This document shows positions 18,482 through 28,608 of a stretch of DNA of 64,000 bases, piece after piece. Numbering within the stretch: the first letter of the stretch is position 1; each line of letters begins with the position of its first letter. The notes under the pieces are model-generated. The model ran no database searches, had not been told where the DNA came from, and saw nothing but the letters and a program-made list of their open reading frames with translations. Both the position numbers and the translations under genes were made by a program. The DNA comes from a virus: IMG/VR virus record IMGVR_UViG_3300046736_000122, positions 1-64,000 of that record; one strand, given 5' to 3'.

Positions 18482-18859
18482 ATGCGCAAGACACCGATCT
18501 TGCTCCGCCCATCAGCATTCGACGATCGGGTACACGCGCTGTACCGCTACACCCGAAAGAAGGTCCGCGGCCACGACACCATCGACTGCGGCATGGATGG
18601 CAAATGGGACGTGACCGACGACTTCGAGACGCTGCTGCTCAAGCGGCTCATGGACGACGGCGCGGAGAACATCGTCGGCATCCTTGATGGGGCCGCGCAG
18701 GGCCTTGAACTGACCGACGATGAGCGCGCCGAGGTTCGCGTCGTGCGTGAGCGGATCCGCGAGATGTGCGAGCGCCACAACGCGCGGGTCGCATTCATGG
18801 GGCCGGACCCAACCCTTAGATCGCCAGCGGTCAGCGAATGGATTGCGACAGTCTCGTGA
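18482..18859 (+). CDS. hypothetical protein
   Basis: AAAGGA SD; coupled to the initiator. Confidence 0.65.
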   Translation: MRKTPILLRPSAFDDRVHALYRYTRKKVRGHDTIDCGMDGKWDVTDDFETLLLKRLMDDGAENIVGILDGAAQGLELTDDERAEVRVVRERIREMCERHNARVAFMGPDPTLRSPAVSEWIATVS

Positions 18860-19755
18860 GCATCCGCGACGACAGATCCGCGCCGTTCGCATGGGTGTCC
18901 ATGCACGGCCTGAAGACGATCCGCCGCGACCTCGAACCGAAGGCGCAGGCATCCGCTCGCAACGCCCTCTTCGCCCTCGCAGAGGCCGCCAGCGACAGGT
19001 ATGACGGCAAGCACCGCGAGGGCGACACGCTCCGCGAGCTTGCGGCCCTCGCCGGCACGAGCACGCGTCGCCTCCGAGATCATCTGGCAACGCTCGCCGA
19101 CCTCGGGCTTGTGACGATCGAGTCGCGCGTCGATTCATCGGGCCGCGACCTACCCACGGTGTACGTCCTCGCGAACGATTCCGGGGGTGACAAAACGTCC
19201 GACCGGGTGGACGAGTCGAGCGCTGAAACGTCCGACCTTACGGGCGCGCGGCCCTCGCAGCCTTCGGCTGCTCAGGCTCGACAGCCTGAAGAAAGAACGA
19301 AGAACGGGCGTGCGCCCGTTGTCGACGACGAGCATCGAACCGTCACCGCTCTGTTCGAGCACTGGCAACTACGGTGCAACCATCCGACCTCAAAGCCGAC
19401 CCGTGAGCGCCGCCAGAAGATCGCGGCCAGGCTGAGGGAGGGCTACACGCCGGATCAGATCCGCGCGGCGATCGACGGCGCGGCACGCGATCCGTTCGTC
19501 AACGATGCCGGTAAGCGCTTCGATGACCTGGAGTTGATCTGCCGCACCGGCTCGAAGCTTGAGAGCTTCATCGACAGGGCCGCGCCACCGCTGGCGGGCA
19601 ACGGGACGGTGCATCCGATCCGTCCGCCGCAGGGCCAGGCGCGGAACGCGAATGGGAAGCCGACGCATGCCGAGCTGATCGGGGAGTTGAGGGCCGCGAA
19701 CCCGCGGCTGCATCCCGAGCTTGCCGTGAACCATCAACTACCGGCGAGGACATGA
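18856..19755 (+). CDS. phage replication initiator (N-terminal wHTH)
   Basis: TLRELAALAGTSTRRLRDHLATLADLGLV; IAARLREGYTPDQIRAAID; upstream of DnaB. Confidence 0.7.
   Translation: MSIRDDRSAPFAWVSMHGLKTIRRDLEPKAQASARNALFALAEAASDRYDGKHREGDTLRELAALAGTSTRRLRDHLATLADLGLVTIESRVDSSGRDLPTVYVLANDSGGDKTSDRVDESSAETSDLTGARPSQPSAAQARQPEERTKNGRAPVVDDEHRTVTALFEHWQLRCNHPTSKPTRERRQKIAARLREGYTPDQIRAAIDGAARDPFVNDAGKRFDDLELICRTGSKLESFIDRAAPPLAGNGTVHPIRPPQGQARNANGKPTHAELIGELRAANPRLHPELAVNHQLPART
19193..19237. repeat. possible origin iterons AAACGTCCGACC x2 inside the initiator gene
   Basis: 12-bp direct repeats 33 bp apart, followed by an A-rich tract. Confidence 0.4.
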
Positions 19756-20378
19756 TGGTCGACTACGGAGCACTCCACGACGGCAAGCATCACATCGAGC
19801 TGGCATCGGGCCGCTACCTCGATCTTGAGAGTCCCGACCCTCAGGCGATCACGCTGAGCGATGTAGCGCACGGCCTCTCACAGACATGTCGGTTCGCCGG
19901 TCAGTCGCTCCGCTTCTACAGCGTGGCCGAGCACGCATGCCTGGTTGCCGCCAAGCTCGAAGGGGACGGCGTGCACCCGCGGGTCGTGCTTGCCGCCGTC
20001 CATCACGACGACAGCGAAGCGTTCATCGGCGATGTCACCCGGCCGCTGAAGGCGCTTCTGCCGGGCTACGCGGCCTTGGAGACAGCAGTCAGCCTCGCGA
20101 TCATCGAAGCGCTGCGGATCCCGCCGCTGGTCGACCCGGCAGAGCGTGCGCAGCTCACGGCGGCCGACAACTGGGCGCTGGCGTGCGAGGCATATCACCT
20201 GCTGCCGTCGCGTGGTCGGACGTGGTTCTGCGACGGGCTCTACGACCCGACGTGCGCGTATGACCTCGCGTTCTCCTACGACCAGCTCGGACGCGCTCCC
20301 GACCGAGCGCGAGAGTTGTGGAGCGGGTGGCACAACCGATACGCGGACATCTACGCGGCCTTGGCGGTCGTGCGATGA
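19752..20378 (+). CDS. HD-domain phosphohydrolase (YfbR-like)
   Basis: CRFAG..YSVAEH, HHDDSEAFIGDVTRPLK. Confidence 0.85.
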   Translation: MMVDYGALHDGKHHIELASGRYLDLESPDPQAITLSDVAHGLSQTCRFAGQSLRFYSVAEHACLVAAKLEGDGVHPRVVLAAVHHDDSEAFIGDVTRPLKALLPGYAALETAVSLAIIEALRIPPLVDPAERAQLTAADNWALACEAYHLLPSRGRTWFCDGLYDPTCAYDLAFSYDQLGRAPDRARELWSGWHNRYADIYAALAVVR

Positions 20379-20710
20379 GCGCGGCGACATGGAACGATGT
20401 CGGCGAGGCCCTCGTCAACAACTGGCCGGCAGGCCCCGGTAACCGCGGCTGGGAACGCGAACAGGTCGCAGGCATCATCGATGAGATGCGTGAGCGCGGC
20501 ATGCAACCAGGGTGGGCGATCATCGGGATTCGCCAGTGCACATCGGATTTCGTGCCGGGTGCTCCGATGGTGCAGCGGTTGTATCGGGAGTCGTTGCCGC
20601 CCATGACTGCCGTGCAGATCGAGGAGGCCGCGGAACGTCAGGCGGAGCGGCGGCGGCTCGAAGCGGCGGCCGGTGAGCCGCGCGGCCTGCCGGCGGGAGG
20701 CGAGTTGTGA
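20375..20710 (+). CDS. hypothetical protein (possible helicase loader/inhibitor)
   Basis: coupled ORF in the replication module. Confidence 0.5.
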   Translation: MSAATWNDVGEALVNNWPAGPGNRGWEREQVAGIIDEMRERGMQPGWAIIGIRQCTSDFVPGAPMVQRLYRESLPPMTAVQIEEAAERQAERRRLEAAAGEPRGLPAGGEL

Positions 20711-21336
20711 GCATCCCGCGTGTCTACGATCCTGCCGATTGCGATGAGCGGGGCGTCCCGCTGGACTGGGATCGCTGCCGCCCGTGCGACGGCTCCGGCA
20801 GGTGGCGCGACCCGCGGATATGGGGCACGATGCCAGGATCCGTCGCCTGCGAAACATGCGGAGGCCACGGATCCCTGAAGGCGGCGGCGCTCGCCTCGCG
20901 CCTAATGCGCTTCCGCGGCAGCGTCCCGATCCCGGAAGCCGAGATCGGGCATCGCTGCGAGTCCTGCTCTCACCCGATGAGCGAAGGGACATGGGAGGAC
21001 GGGCCACGGCGCGAATGGACGGCCGAGGACGCCGACCTTGCCGAGTTGGCAGGCGTACCTAGCGGCTCAGGGCCGCGCGTCCACTACTCCCCTTGTGACG
21101 AGGGATGCGATCACGGCGGGCCGGCTCGACTGCGCCTGGAGCAGCGGGGCGAGAAGGGCTGGATCCCCGTCACCGATCAACGGCCCGGAGATGCGCTTCT
21201 ACTCGATCGCGTCGATGCCGTCGAGGCCTCCTGGCGCTCGGTCGACATTCGCACCCTCGGCTGGCCGCATGACCTACGACCCGAGAAGCTGGCCGTGTTG
21301 TGCTTGCGCTGCTTCGCCGAGCGCAGTTCGGCGTGA
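20707..21336 (+). CDS. Cys-rich protein with CxxCxGxG Zn finger
   Basis: CRPCDGSG, CETCGGHG. Confidence 0.55.
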   Translation: MSIPRVYDPADCDERGVPLDWDRCRPCDGSGRWRDPRIWGTMPGSVACETCGGHGSLKAAALASRLMRFRGSVPIPEAEIGHRCESCSHPMSEGTWEDGPRREWTAEDADLAELAGVPSGSGPRVHYSPCDEGCDHGGPARLRLEQRGEKGWIPVTDQRPGDALLLDRVDAVEASWRSVDIRTLGWPHDLRPEKLAVLCLRCFAERSSA

Positions 21337-22733
21337 GCTTCGACCGCGGCGAGGACTATCCCTCGCCGCCGCCCGCGCCGCGGCTCGCGACGGGGGTAGC
21401 GCCTCCGCACTCCGTGGAGGCCGAGGAAGCGGTCCTCGGCGGAATCCTGCTCTCCGATCGAGCGATCCCCGGCATGCTGCAGGAAGGCCTTGCGGCGGAG
21501 CACTTCTTCCGTGACCGCCACCGCGCGGTGTACGCGGCGATGCTCGCGTTGCACGAGCAAGGGACGGCCGTGGATGTGCTGACGGTCACCGTCGAGCTCG
21601 AGCAGCACGGCACGCTCGAAGCGATCGGGGGCCGCGCGGCTGTCGATGCGTTGACGGGCGGCGTGCCCGGGCTCGCCGCGATCCGCCGGTACGCAAGGAT
21701 CGTGATTGAGCATTGGCAGGCGCGCCAGACGCTCGCGGCGACGTACACGATGCAGGCCGGCGTCTTGAACCATGACGCGGCACTGGTTGAGGATGGCCGC
21801 CGGATGCTCGACGACACGGTGGTCGCGCCGGGCGTGACGGACGGCTATCTCGGGCCCGATGCGCTCGGGTCGCACATGGTGGACTGGATGGGCCAGCCCA
21901 TCGTGGAGGGGTTGCCGATGCCGGTGGAGCTGCCGTCGCTCGGCCGGATGGTTAGGCCGCAGTCGGGGGATCTCATCATCGTGGCGGCACTGCCGTCGGC
22001 GGGGAAGTCGACGCTGGCGCTCGCGATGGCCGCGGCGATGGGCAGCCGCGGGCATCGGACGGTTATTTGGCCGAACGATGACACCGTCGAAGACATCGCG
22101 GCTCGGCATGTACAGGCCGTGACGGGTATTTCGTCGGAACGGATCATTGAGCGGCGGTTGACCGCGGATGAGATGCGTCGCGTGGTCGCGGAGTTCGCGC
22201 GACTGCCGTTCGAGGCGCAGCCCGCGGATGGGTGGACGGCGCAGCAGGTCGCAGCTCACATCCGGCAGGTTCGGCCGGCGGTCGCGGTGCTTGACCACTT
22301 CCACAACCTTGCGGAGATTCCGGGGGTCGCGGAGATCGACGATGCGTTAAAGCGGTTGAAGGCGGTCGCTCAGCAGACGCGATGCTTGCTGATCGTGGCG
22401 GCTCAGTGCAACCGCAACAACCGGTCAGACGGCGTGTTCCGGCGGCCCCCGGTCCTCGCGAACATTAGGGGGTCGGTGATGTTCGAGGCCGCGGCCACAA
22501 CGATCCTGCTGGCGCACATCGATGAGGAGGAGATCGATGATCTCGAGCATGGCCGGACAGGGAAGGCGCGGCAACTGGACGTCGGGTCGATCGATGTCGC
22601 GAAGCAGAAGCGTGGCCGGCGCGGGGTGGTGCGTGTCGTGGTTGATCGGGAGCATGTGCGGTTTGTGGAGCCGGCGCGCGGCCGGGACTACACGGAGCCC
22701 GTGGCGGGGTCGGTTGAGGCGGAGGGGTTCTAG
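21333..22733 (+). CDS. dnaB: replicative DNA helicase, DnaB-like
   Basis: PPHSVEAEEAVLGGILL N-domain; AALPSAGKS; VLDHFH; AQCNR. Confidence 0.88.
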   Translation: MSFDRGEDYPSPPPAPRLATGVAPPHSVEAEEAVLGGILLSDRAIPGMLQEGLAAEHFFRDRHRAVYAAMLALHEQGTAVDVLTVTVELEQHGTLEAIGGRAAVDALTGGVPGLAAIRRYARIVIEHWQARQTLAATYTMQAGVLNHDAALVEDGRRMLDDTVVAPGVTDGYLGPDALGSHMVDWMGQPIVEGLPMPVELPSLGRMVRPQSGDLIIVAALPSAGKSTLALAMAAAMGSRGHRTVIWPNDDTVEDIAARHVQAVTGISSERIIERRLTADEMRRVVAEFARLPFEAQPADGWTAQQVAAHIRQVRPAVAVLDHFHNLAEIPGVAEIDDALKRLKAVAQQTRCLLIVAAQCNRNNRSDGVFRRPPVLANIRGSVMFEAAATTILLAHIDEEEIDDLEHGRTGKARQLDVGSIDVAKQKRGRRGVVRVVVDREHVRFVEPARGRDYTEPVAGSVEAEGF

Positions 22734-22763
22734 GTGTCGGCGCCCGCTGCTATGTTTCGCGGC

Positions 22764-25067
22764 ATGCCAAGCGTGAGCTACGCAGAGTTGATCGCTGCCC
22801 GCGAGGAAGCGCTACTAGCGAGGGGCTGCGGCATCGAGCCTGACGCTCTCGCCGCGCACCTGTTCGGCTTCCAGGACTTCGCTACCCGCTGGGCGCTGAA
22901 GCGTGGCCGGGCCGCCATCTTCGCCGGAACCGGGCTCGGCAAGACCTTAATCGAGATGGAGTGGGCGCGGCAGGTCGGCGGCGAGATCCTACTGTTCGCG
23001 CCGCTCGCCGTCGGCCGGCAGATCATGCGTATGGCTGAGCAGTTCGACGCCGGCCCCGCGCGTGTCGTGTCGGACGGTTCGGAGGTCGAGCCGGGGCTGA
23101 ACATCGCCAACTACGAGAGGTTGCACCGCTTCACGCCGGACGGGCTCAGCGGCCTTGTGCTGGATGAGTCGAGCATCCTGAAGGCGTTCGACGGGAAGAC
23201 CCGCCGCGAGTTGACGGAGTTCGGGTTGCAGGTCGATATGCGGATGGCTTGCACGGCGACGCCGGCACCGAACGACTACGAGGAGCTAGGCCAGCACGCG
23301 GAGTTCCTGGGGGTGCTGACGGCCCGCGAGATGTTGGCGCTGTACTTCACGCAGGACGGCAACACGACGACGCGCTGGCGGTTGAAGGGCCATGCTCGTC
23401 AGCCTTTCTGGCGCTGGGTGTCATCGTGGGCGTTGGCGTTCACGAGTCCGGCCGATCTTGGCTATCACGATGAGGCCGAGCGCTTCGTCCTGCCTCCGCT
23501 GCGCACCGTGCCGGTCGTCGTGGCCGCGAAGGATCCGCATGTCACGGGCACGCTGTTCGCGGGGGAGGCGCAGACCTTGCAGGAGCGGCAAGCGGCGCGG
23601 CGCAACACGACGGCCGAGCGGGTGGCCGCCGCTGCGGCCCTTGTCGCGGCCGAGCCGGACGAGCAGTGGCTCTTGTGGTGCGATCTGAACGTCGAGTCCG
23701 ATGCACTGGCCAATGCCATCCCCGGAGCGGTCGAGGTCAAAGGATCTGACTCCCAAGATCACAAGGTGGACAGCGTGCTCGGGTTCGCTGACGGGACCGT
23801 ACGAGTGCTCGTCAGTAAGCCGAGCATCTGCGGGTTCGGGCTCAACTTCCAAGGCTGCGCCCGCATGGCGTTCGTCGGTCTCTCGGACAGCTTCGAGCGC
23901 TACCACCAGGCCGTGAAGCGCTGCCACCGATTCGGGCAGACACGCGAGGTCGTGGCCTACGTCGTGACCGCCGACGCGGAGGGCGCGGTCGTCCGCAACA
24001 TCGAACGCAAGGAACGACAGATGACGGAGATGATGGCCGAGCTTGTCGCGAACGTCGGGCGTACGGGGGAGCACATCGCGAAGCGCACGGCGCGTGATCA
24101 CGACATGGCCGAAGGCGACGGGTGGCGGCTCATGCTCGGAGACTGCGTCGAGCGGATCGCCGGCAAGATCCTCACAGGGCCGGATCGCGGACAGTCGATC
24201 CCCGGCCGCGTCGAGGATGAGTCGATCGGGCTGTGCGTGTTCTCGCCGCCGTTCCCGTCGATGTACGTTTACACCGACGACCCGCGGGACATGGGGAATG
24301 TGGCCGATGTCGAGGACATGATCGAGCAGTTCTCCTACCTCGTGCCCGAGCTCTACCGGGTCCTCATGCCGGGCCGATCCGTCGCGATCCATCTGGCGCA
24401 GGCGCAGACGAAGAAGCGCGACGGGCTCGAGATCGGCTTGCGCGACTTCCGCGGAGCGACGATCGACGTGATGACGCGCGGCGGCTTCACGTTCTACGGC
24501 GAGGCGACGATCGACAAGGATCCCCAGGTGAAGGCGGTGCGGACGAAGGATCGCGGCCTGCTGTTCAAGTCGCTCGCGAACGATTCGAGCATGATGCGGA
24601 TGGCGCAGGCGGACTACCTGCTTCAGTTCCGCAAGCCAGGCGATAACCCGCAGCCGATTCGGGCCGGCATCTCCGCGAAGTACGGCAACGATGACGGCTG
24701 GATCACGCCGGAGGAGTGGATCGAGTGGGCCGCGCCGGTCTGGTATCGCGCGGGGCCTGGCTACCCGGGCGGCATCCGGGAGACGGACACGCTCAATGTC
24801 GCCATCGCTCGTGACGGGCAGGACGAACGCCACTTGTGCCCGCTTCAGCGCGGCGTGATCGAGCGCGTAGTAAAGCTGTGGAGCGCGCCGGGTGATCGCG
24901 TGCTATCTCCGTTCGGAGGAGTCGGGTCCGAGGGTGATGGTGCTCTGCGGCTGGGCCGGGAGTTCGTCGCTGTGGAGTTGAAGCGATCGTATTGGGAGAC
25001 GGCGTGTCGCAACCTCGACGCGGCCGTCCAGGAGCGCGAGCAAGGCGCGTTTGATCTGACGGCGTGA
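22764..25067 (+). CDS. SNF2-like helicase fused to an N4/N6 DNA methyltransferase
   Basis: GTGLGKT, LDESSILK, TATPAPND, GLNFQ, RCHRFGQ; then FSPPF and VLSPFGGVGSEG; start could be 22734 or 22752. Confidence 0.88.
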   Translation: MPSVSYAELIAAREEALLARGCGIEPDALAAHLFGFQDFATRWALKRGRAAIFAGTGLGKTLIEMEWARQVGGEILLFAPLAVGRQIMRMAEQFDAGPARVVSDGSEVEPGLNIANYERLHRFTPDGLSGLVLDESSILKAFDGKTRRELTEFGLQVDMRMACTATPAPNDYEELGQHAEFLGVLTAREMLALYFTQDGNTTTRWRLKGHARQPFWRWVSSWALAFTSPADLGYHDEAERFVLPPLRTVPVVVAAKDPHVTGTLFAGEAQTLQERQAARRNTTAERVAAAAALVAAEPDEQWLLWCDLNVESDALANAIPGAVEVKGSDSQDHKVDSVLGFADGTVRVLVSKPSICGFGLNFQGCARMAFVGLSDSFERYHQAVKRCHRFGQTREVVAYVVTADAEGAVVRNIERKERQMTEMMAELVANVGRTGEHIAKRTARDHDMAEGDGWRLMLGDCVERIAGKILTGPDRGQSIPGRVEDESIGLCVFSPPFPSMYVYTDDPRDMGNVADVEDMIEQFSYLVPELYRVLMPGRSVAIHLAQAQTKKRDGLEIGLRDFRGATIDVMTRGGFTFYGEATIDKDPQVKAVRTKDRGLLFKSLANDSSMMRMAQADYLLQFRKPGDNPQPIRAGISAKYGNDDGWITPEEWIEWAAPVWYRAGPGYPGGIRETDTLNVAIARDGQDERHLCPLQRGVIERVVKLWSAPGDRVLSPFGGVGSEGDGALRLGREFVAVELKRSYWETACRNLDAAVQEREQGAFDLTA

Positions 25068-25339
25068 CGATGTCCGCGGATCGTGTTGACCGGATCGCGG
25101 CATCCCTTGAAGCGAACCCGCCGGAAGGGTTTAGGGGCCGTTACAGCCGGGAGGTGTGGACGGTCATCGTGGCCGCAGTGAAGGCGGGGGAGAGCGGCTT
25201 GTGCGATGCGTACGTGGAGTGCGTCGACGGCGGCTGGGCTGGCTACCGGGCGGTGTGCCGGTGTGGGTGGGAGAGTGTGCTGACCTCCAAGCCGGCGGCT
25301 CGCCGCGCGGCCGTAGAGCACGAGCGCGGCGATGGCTGA
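25064..25339 (+). CDS. hypothetical protein
   Basis: coupled ORF. Confidence 0.5.
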   Translation: MTMSADRVDRIAASLEANPPEGFRGRYSREVWTVIVAAVKAGESGLCDAYVECVDGGWAGYRAVCRCGWESVLTSKPAARRAAVEHERGDG

Positions 25340-25598
25340 CGGCAAGGGTGTGGTGCTCACGGCGGCCTGGGGGCCATGGCTCGCCGCTTGTACGTGCATG
25401 GGCGGCCCGGAGATGTGCGTCCCGCCGTTCGGCGCTTCGGGCGGCTGTTCGCTCTCAGACGATGAGCCGCGGATCTGCGCGGGCTGCGGCGACATCGATC
25501 CGCGGCACTGGCGGGAGGGCGGCTGGTACTGCGAGAGTTGCGCGGCGTGCGAGGTTTGCCAGTCGCCGTACTGCGACGAGCCGGAGCACCATGGCTGA
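25332..25598 (+). CDS. Cys-rich hypothetical protein
   Basis: multiple CxxC motifs. Confidence 0.5.
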   Translation: MADGKGVVLTAAWGPWLAACTCMGGPEMCVPPFGASGGCSLSDDEPRICAGCGDIDPRHWREGGWYCESCAACEVCQSPYCDEPEHHG

Positions 25599-26112
25599 GC
25601 CGGTCGAGCTCCTGATCGAGCGTGACCACGCGTTTCGCAAGAAGAAGCCCGACGCCGCGACGGGGAAGCGGCGCATTGGCTGCGAGGTCTGTGGCCGCGG
25701 CCGGAACCATCGCGATCACATGGGCGCGCCGCCGTCGATGAACAGCGGCAATCACAGCATGCAGCCAATGGCGTACCAGGCGTTGAAGCATGCGTGGCAG
25801 GACGCGTTTGCGGACCTGCTGGAGGCGTCGGGGTTGCCGCGCGGCCTGGAGTCGGTGTCCGTTGAGGGCCTCGTCGGGTTCCCGACGCGCGCGGTGCGTG
25901 ACGGCGGCAACTTCCGCTGGATGATCGAGAAGGCATTGGGTGACGCGCTCGTCAGCGGCTCGGACAACGTCGCGGGTGGATGGATCGAGGATGACTGCTT
26001 TTTCCCGGTGTGCCGCTACGAGTTCGGCGGGTTGCAGGCGGTGCATGCGCCGGGCCGGTCGTGGCTGCGGCTGATGATCTTGCCGCGTGCAGCGACATCC
26101 GCCGAGGCGTAA
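25591..26112 (+). CDS. RusA-like Holliday junction resolvase
   Basis: RDGGN..IEKALGDAL..GWIEDD pattern. Confidence 0.55.
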   Translation: MAEPVELLIERDHAFRKKKPDAATGKRRIGCEVCGRGRNHRDHMGAPPSMNSGNHSMQPMAYQALKHAWQDAFADLLEASGLPRGLESVSVEGLVGFPTRAVRDGGNFRWMIEKALGDALVSGSDNVAGGWIEDDCFFPVCRYEFGGLQAVHAPGRSWLRLMILPRAATSAEA

Positions 26113-26149
26113 CCTAGCATTGCGAGATCGTGAACCGACGGAGGCCGAC

Positions 26150-26443
26150 ATGACATCTGAGCCGTGGCTGACTGCCGCGCTGCCCGAGCTCGTGAATCAG
26201 AGCCGCGCGCTCGAGATCCTTCGTGACCGGCTCGGCCGGCCGGACATGGATCCGATGACGTTGCGCCGGTGGTGGACTGAGGAGCAGGCCGCGGTGGAGG
26301 CGGGCGGTCCGCCGAAGCGGGGTTTCCCGTTGCCGCAGCGGTTGAGGACGGCTGGTGGGGTGGCGGGGCATCCGGTGTGGCGGCCGGAGGATCTTGAGCG
26401 GTGGTGCGTGGAGTTTTTGGGCCGCGCCACGGACGCGGCGTGA
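26150..26443 (+). CDS. AlpA/excisionase-like DNA-binding protein
   Basis: GGAGG SD; TLRRW..GFPLP..PVWRPEDLERW. Confidence 0.6.
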   Translation: MTSEPWLTAALPELVNQSRALEILRDRLGRPDMDPMTLRRWWTEEQAAVEAGGPPKRGFPLPQRLRTAGGVAGHPVWRPEDLERWCVEFLGRATDAA

Positions 26444-26642
26444 TGAACGAACTGAGCCCGTGGCCACAGACGACGACCAGCTTCACCTGCGGCTGGACCG
26501 ACGCGGCGGGCGCCCGCTGGGATAGCAGCAGGGACCAGGACGAGCCGCCGATGGACGGTGGTGAGGGTGTCCGCGAGCCTCGCCGGCCGCCACCGTCCGC
26601 GCCACCGGGCGCGGCAGTCGTGGACATCCCGGTGCTTCCCGG

Positions 26643-26831
26643 ATGACCACCGGGCTCACTCAGCGCGTCGAGGTCGGCGCCTACTACACGGACGGCGCGG
26701 ATCTATGGGAGGTCGTGGAGGTCAACGCGCTCGGTACGGTCACACTCCGCGGCGACCGCTCGAAGACGGCCCGCATGCTCGGCATCGATGCGTTCCGTCG
26801 GCGGTTCTGGCTTGTGCGCGCGGCGGCGTGA
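26643..26831 (+). CDS. hypothetical protein
   Basis: coupled ORF. Confidence 0.5.
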   Translation: MTTGLTQRVEVGAYYTDGADLWEVVEVNALGTVTLRGDRSKTARMLGIDAFRRRFWLVRAAA

Positions 26832-26906
26832 CGCCGCGGCTTGCTAGGTTTCGCGGCACGGTGTAGGGTTCGCGGCCAACCCCCCAATCGAGAGGTGGAA
26901 CCTCGA

Positions 26907-27641
26907 ATGGCCCGCAGCATCACGCCCGTAGCCGTTGCCGAAGACGGCACCGAATCGCATGAGTCGTGGATCACCCTCGTCCTGAGCAAGGTATCGGCGC
27001 AGCCCGGCCAGCGGCTCTTCGACAGCGAGATCACGCACACGCGCTACATCACGATGACCGTGTGCCGCTGCACCCGTACGCGGGACCTCAACCACGACTG
27101 GAAGCACGCCGAGCAGACGCTCATGGAAGTAGGGATGTCGCATGCGCAGTGGGGCGCGTTCGTGTCGGCCTTCGGGGATGGCGGCGGGGTGCCTGCCACG
27201 CTGTTTCGCGATCATTGCGGTGTCGTCGCGCAGGCGCCGCACGAGTCGCGCATGGCAGAGTCGGCGCGCGAGGTCCACGATGCCGGGAACTCGGCGCTCG
27301 CGGAGATCCAAGAGGGCTACAGCGCATTGGAAGAGGCATTCGAGCGCGGGGCAGGCAAGCGCGAGATGCGCGACCTGATCCGCAGCCTCAAGGCCCGTAT
27401 CGCCAACGCCCCGGCGAACATGGGGTTCGCCGCCGAATCCCTGACGAAGCACGTCGAGAACGTGGTGACAAAGGCACGCTCGGACGTGGAGGCGATGGCG
27501 GTCGCGGCGGCTGAGCGCGGCCTGACGCTGGACGCTGGGTCGGTGAACCTGCTCGACGCTGGCGAGCACGAATCGGACAGTCCGTACGAGACGGGGCCGA
27601 ATGAGCGACCGTGGCTCGGCAGCCGCGGCCAGCGAACTTAG
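26907..27641 (+). CDS. conserved phage hypothetical protein
   Basis: own promoter, SD and terminator; LFDSEITH, EVGMSHAQWGAFVS. Confidence 0.75.
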   Translation: MARSITPVAVAEDGTESHESWITLVLSKVSAQPGQRLFDSEITHTRYITMTVCRCTRTRDLNHDWKHAEQTLMEVGMSHAQWGAFVSAFGDGGGVPATLFRDHCGVVAQAPHESRMAESAREVHDAGNSALAEIQEGYSALEEAFERGAGKREMRDLIRSLKARIANAPANMGFAAESLTKHVENVVTKARSDVEAMAVAAAERGLTLDAGSVNLLDAGEHESDSPYETGPNERPWLGSRGQRT

Positions 27642-27677
27642 CGGAGCGCAGTTCCACCCTCCGTTCCGCTTGAGCGC

Positions 27678-27708
27678 ACGGCCGTCCTTCGGGGCGGCCG
27701 TTGTCGTT
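27678..27708 (+). terminator. intrinsic terminator-like hairpin
   Basis: ACGGCCGTCC-TTCG-GGGCGGCCGT then TGTCGTT; core shared with the 3955 hairpin. Confidence 0.75.
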
Positions 27709-27738
27709 CCGGTCCGCGGCAACGGCTACGCTCAGACC

Positions 27739-28065
27739 GTGAACCCGTCGTGGGAAGACTCCGAGGTCGACCTGCAACGACGCGTTGCCGTACACGAACG
27801 ACGTATTGACGAGACAGAGCACGACATCGACAAGTTGGGCGAGGCGATGAGGGACGCTGCCAAGGAGATCGGGGGCCGCATTGACGGCTTCCGGAACGCC
27901 TGCCACGAAGAGGTAGAGGGCGTCCATACCGAGATCGAGAAGCTGCGCGCCGAGATCAAGAAGAAGGATGAGCGGCGTCAGTGGACACGGCCGGAAAAGC
28001 TGATGACGAGCGGCTTATTGCTCACGTTCATCATCGGGATCTTAGGCCTGGTGCTGAACCATTGA
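27739..28065 (+). CDS. coiled-coil protein with C-terminal TM helix
   Basis: TACGCT -10 six nt before GTG; LLLTFIIGILGLVL. Confidence 0.6.
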   Translation: MNPSWEDSEVDLQRRVAVHERRIDETEHDIDKLGEAMRDAAKEIGGRIDGFRNACHEEVEGVHTEIEKLRAEIKKKDERRQWTRPEKLMTSGLLLTFIIGILGLVLNH

Positions 28066-28484
28066 GGCGCCTTGCCGCTCGCACTGGCCTGCGCCCGCCG
28101 ACGATCGCCATCGTCGTGATTCTGCTCGTCGGGCTGACAAGCGTCGCCGTCGTCACGACCGTGTTGCGCTCCATCGACCGCAACGCCGAGGCGATCGAGG
28201 TCGGCTGCCTTGTCGTTGTGCAGGTCGTGCGCGACTCGGGCGCCAACAGCGGCAAGCCGGTGCAGACCAAGGCCGGGCGTGCGCAGGCACGCATCACGGC
28301 GAGGTTCTATGCGACCCTGCTTGGGCAGATGTCGCCGAAGAGTCGTCGCGCTGTGCTGCGCGATCAAGCGATCGTGCGTCGGGCGGGGGGCGCGATCCCG
28401 GAGCCGCAGTGCAAGCGGATCGCGGACGACCCGGACAAGGTTCGGCGCGATACGTTGCAGACGCAATCAACCCGGAGGCCGTGA
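28062..28484 (+). CDS. membrane-anchored protein
   Basis: IAIVVILLVGLTSVAVV. Confidence 0.55.
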   Translation: MRRLAARTGLRPPTIAIVVILLVGLTSVAVVTTVLRSIDRNAEAIEVGCLVVVQVVRDSGANSGKPVQTKAGRAQARITARFYATLLGQMSPKSRRAVLRDQAIVRRAGGAIPEPQCKRIADDPDKVRRDTLQTQSTRRP

Positions 28485-28608
28485 TGCATGACGCATACCG
28501 TTTGGCGCTGGATGCTTGGGATGTCCGGCACCTGATCCTGCTCGTGCCGATCCTGGTTGGGTACAGGGCTTGGCAGCGCGGCCGTGACGACAAGCGCTAC
28601 CAGCGCAA

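Noticed and set aside
19752-20378. DatZ / Z-genome pathway
   Set aside because: No purZ or dedicated polymerase in the window; an HD motif alone is insufficient.
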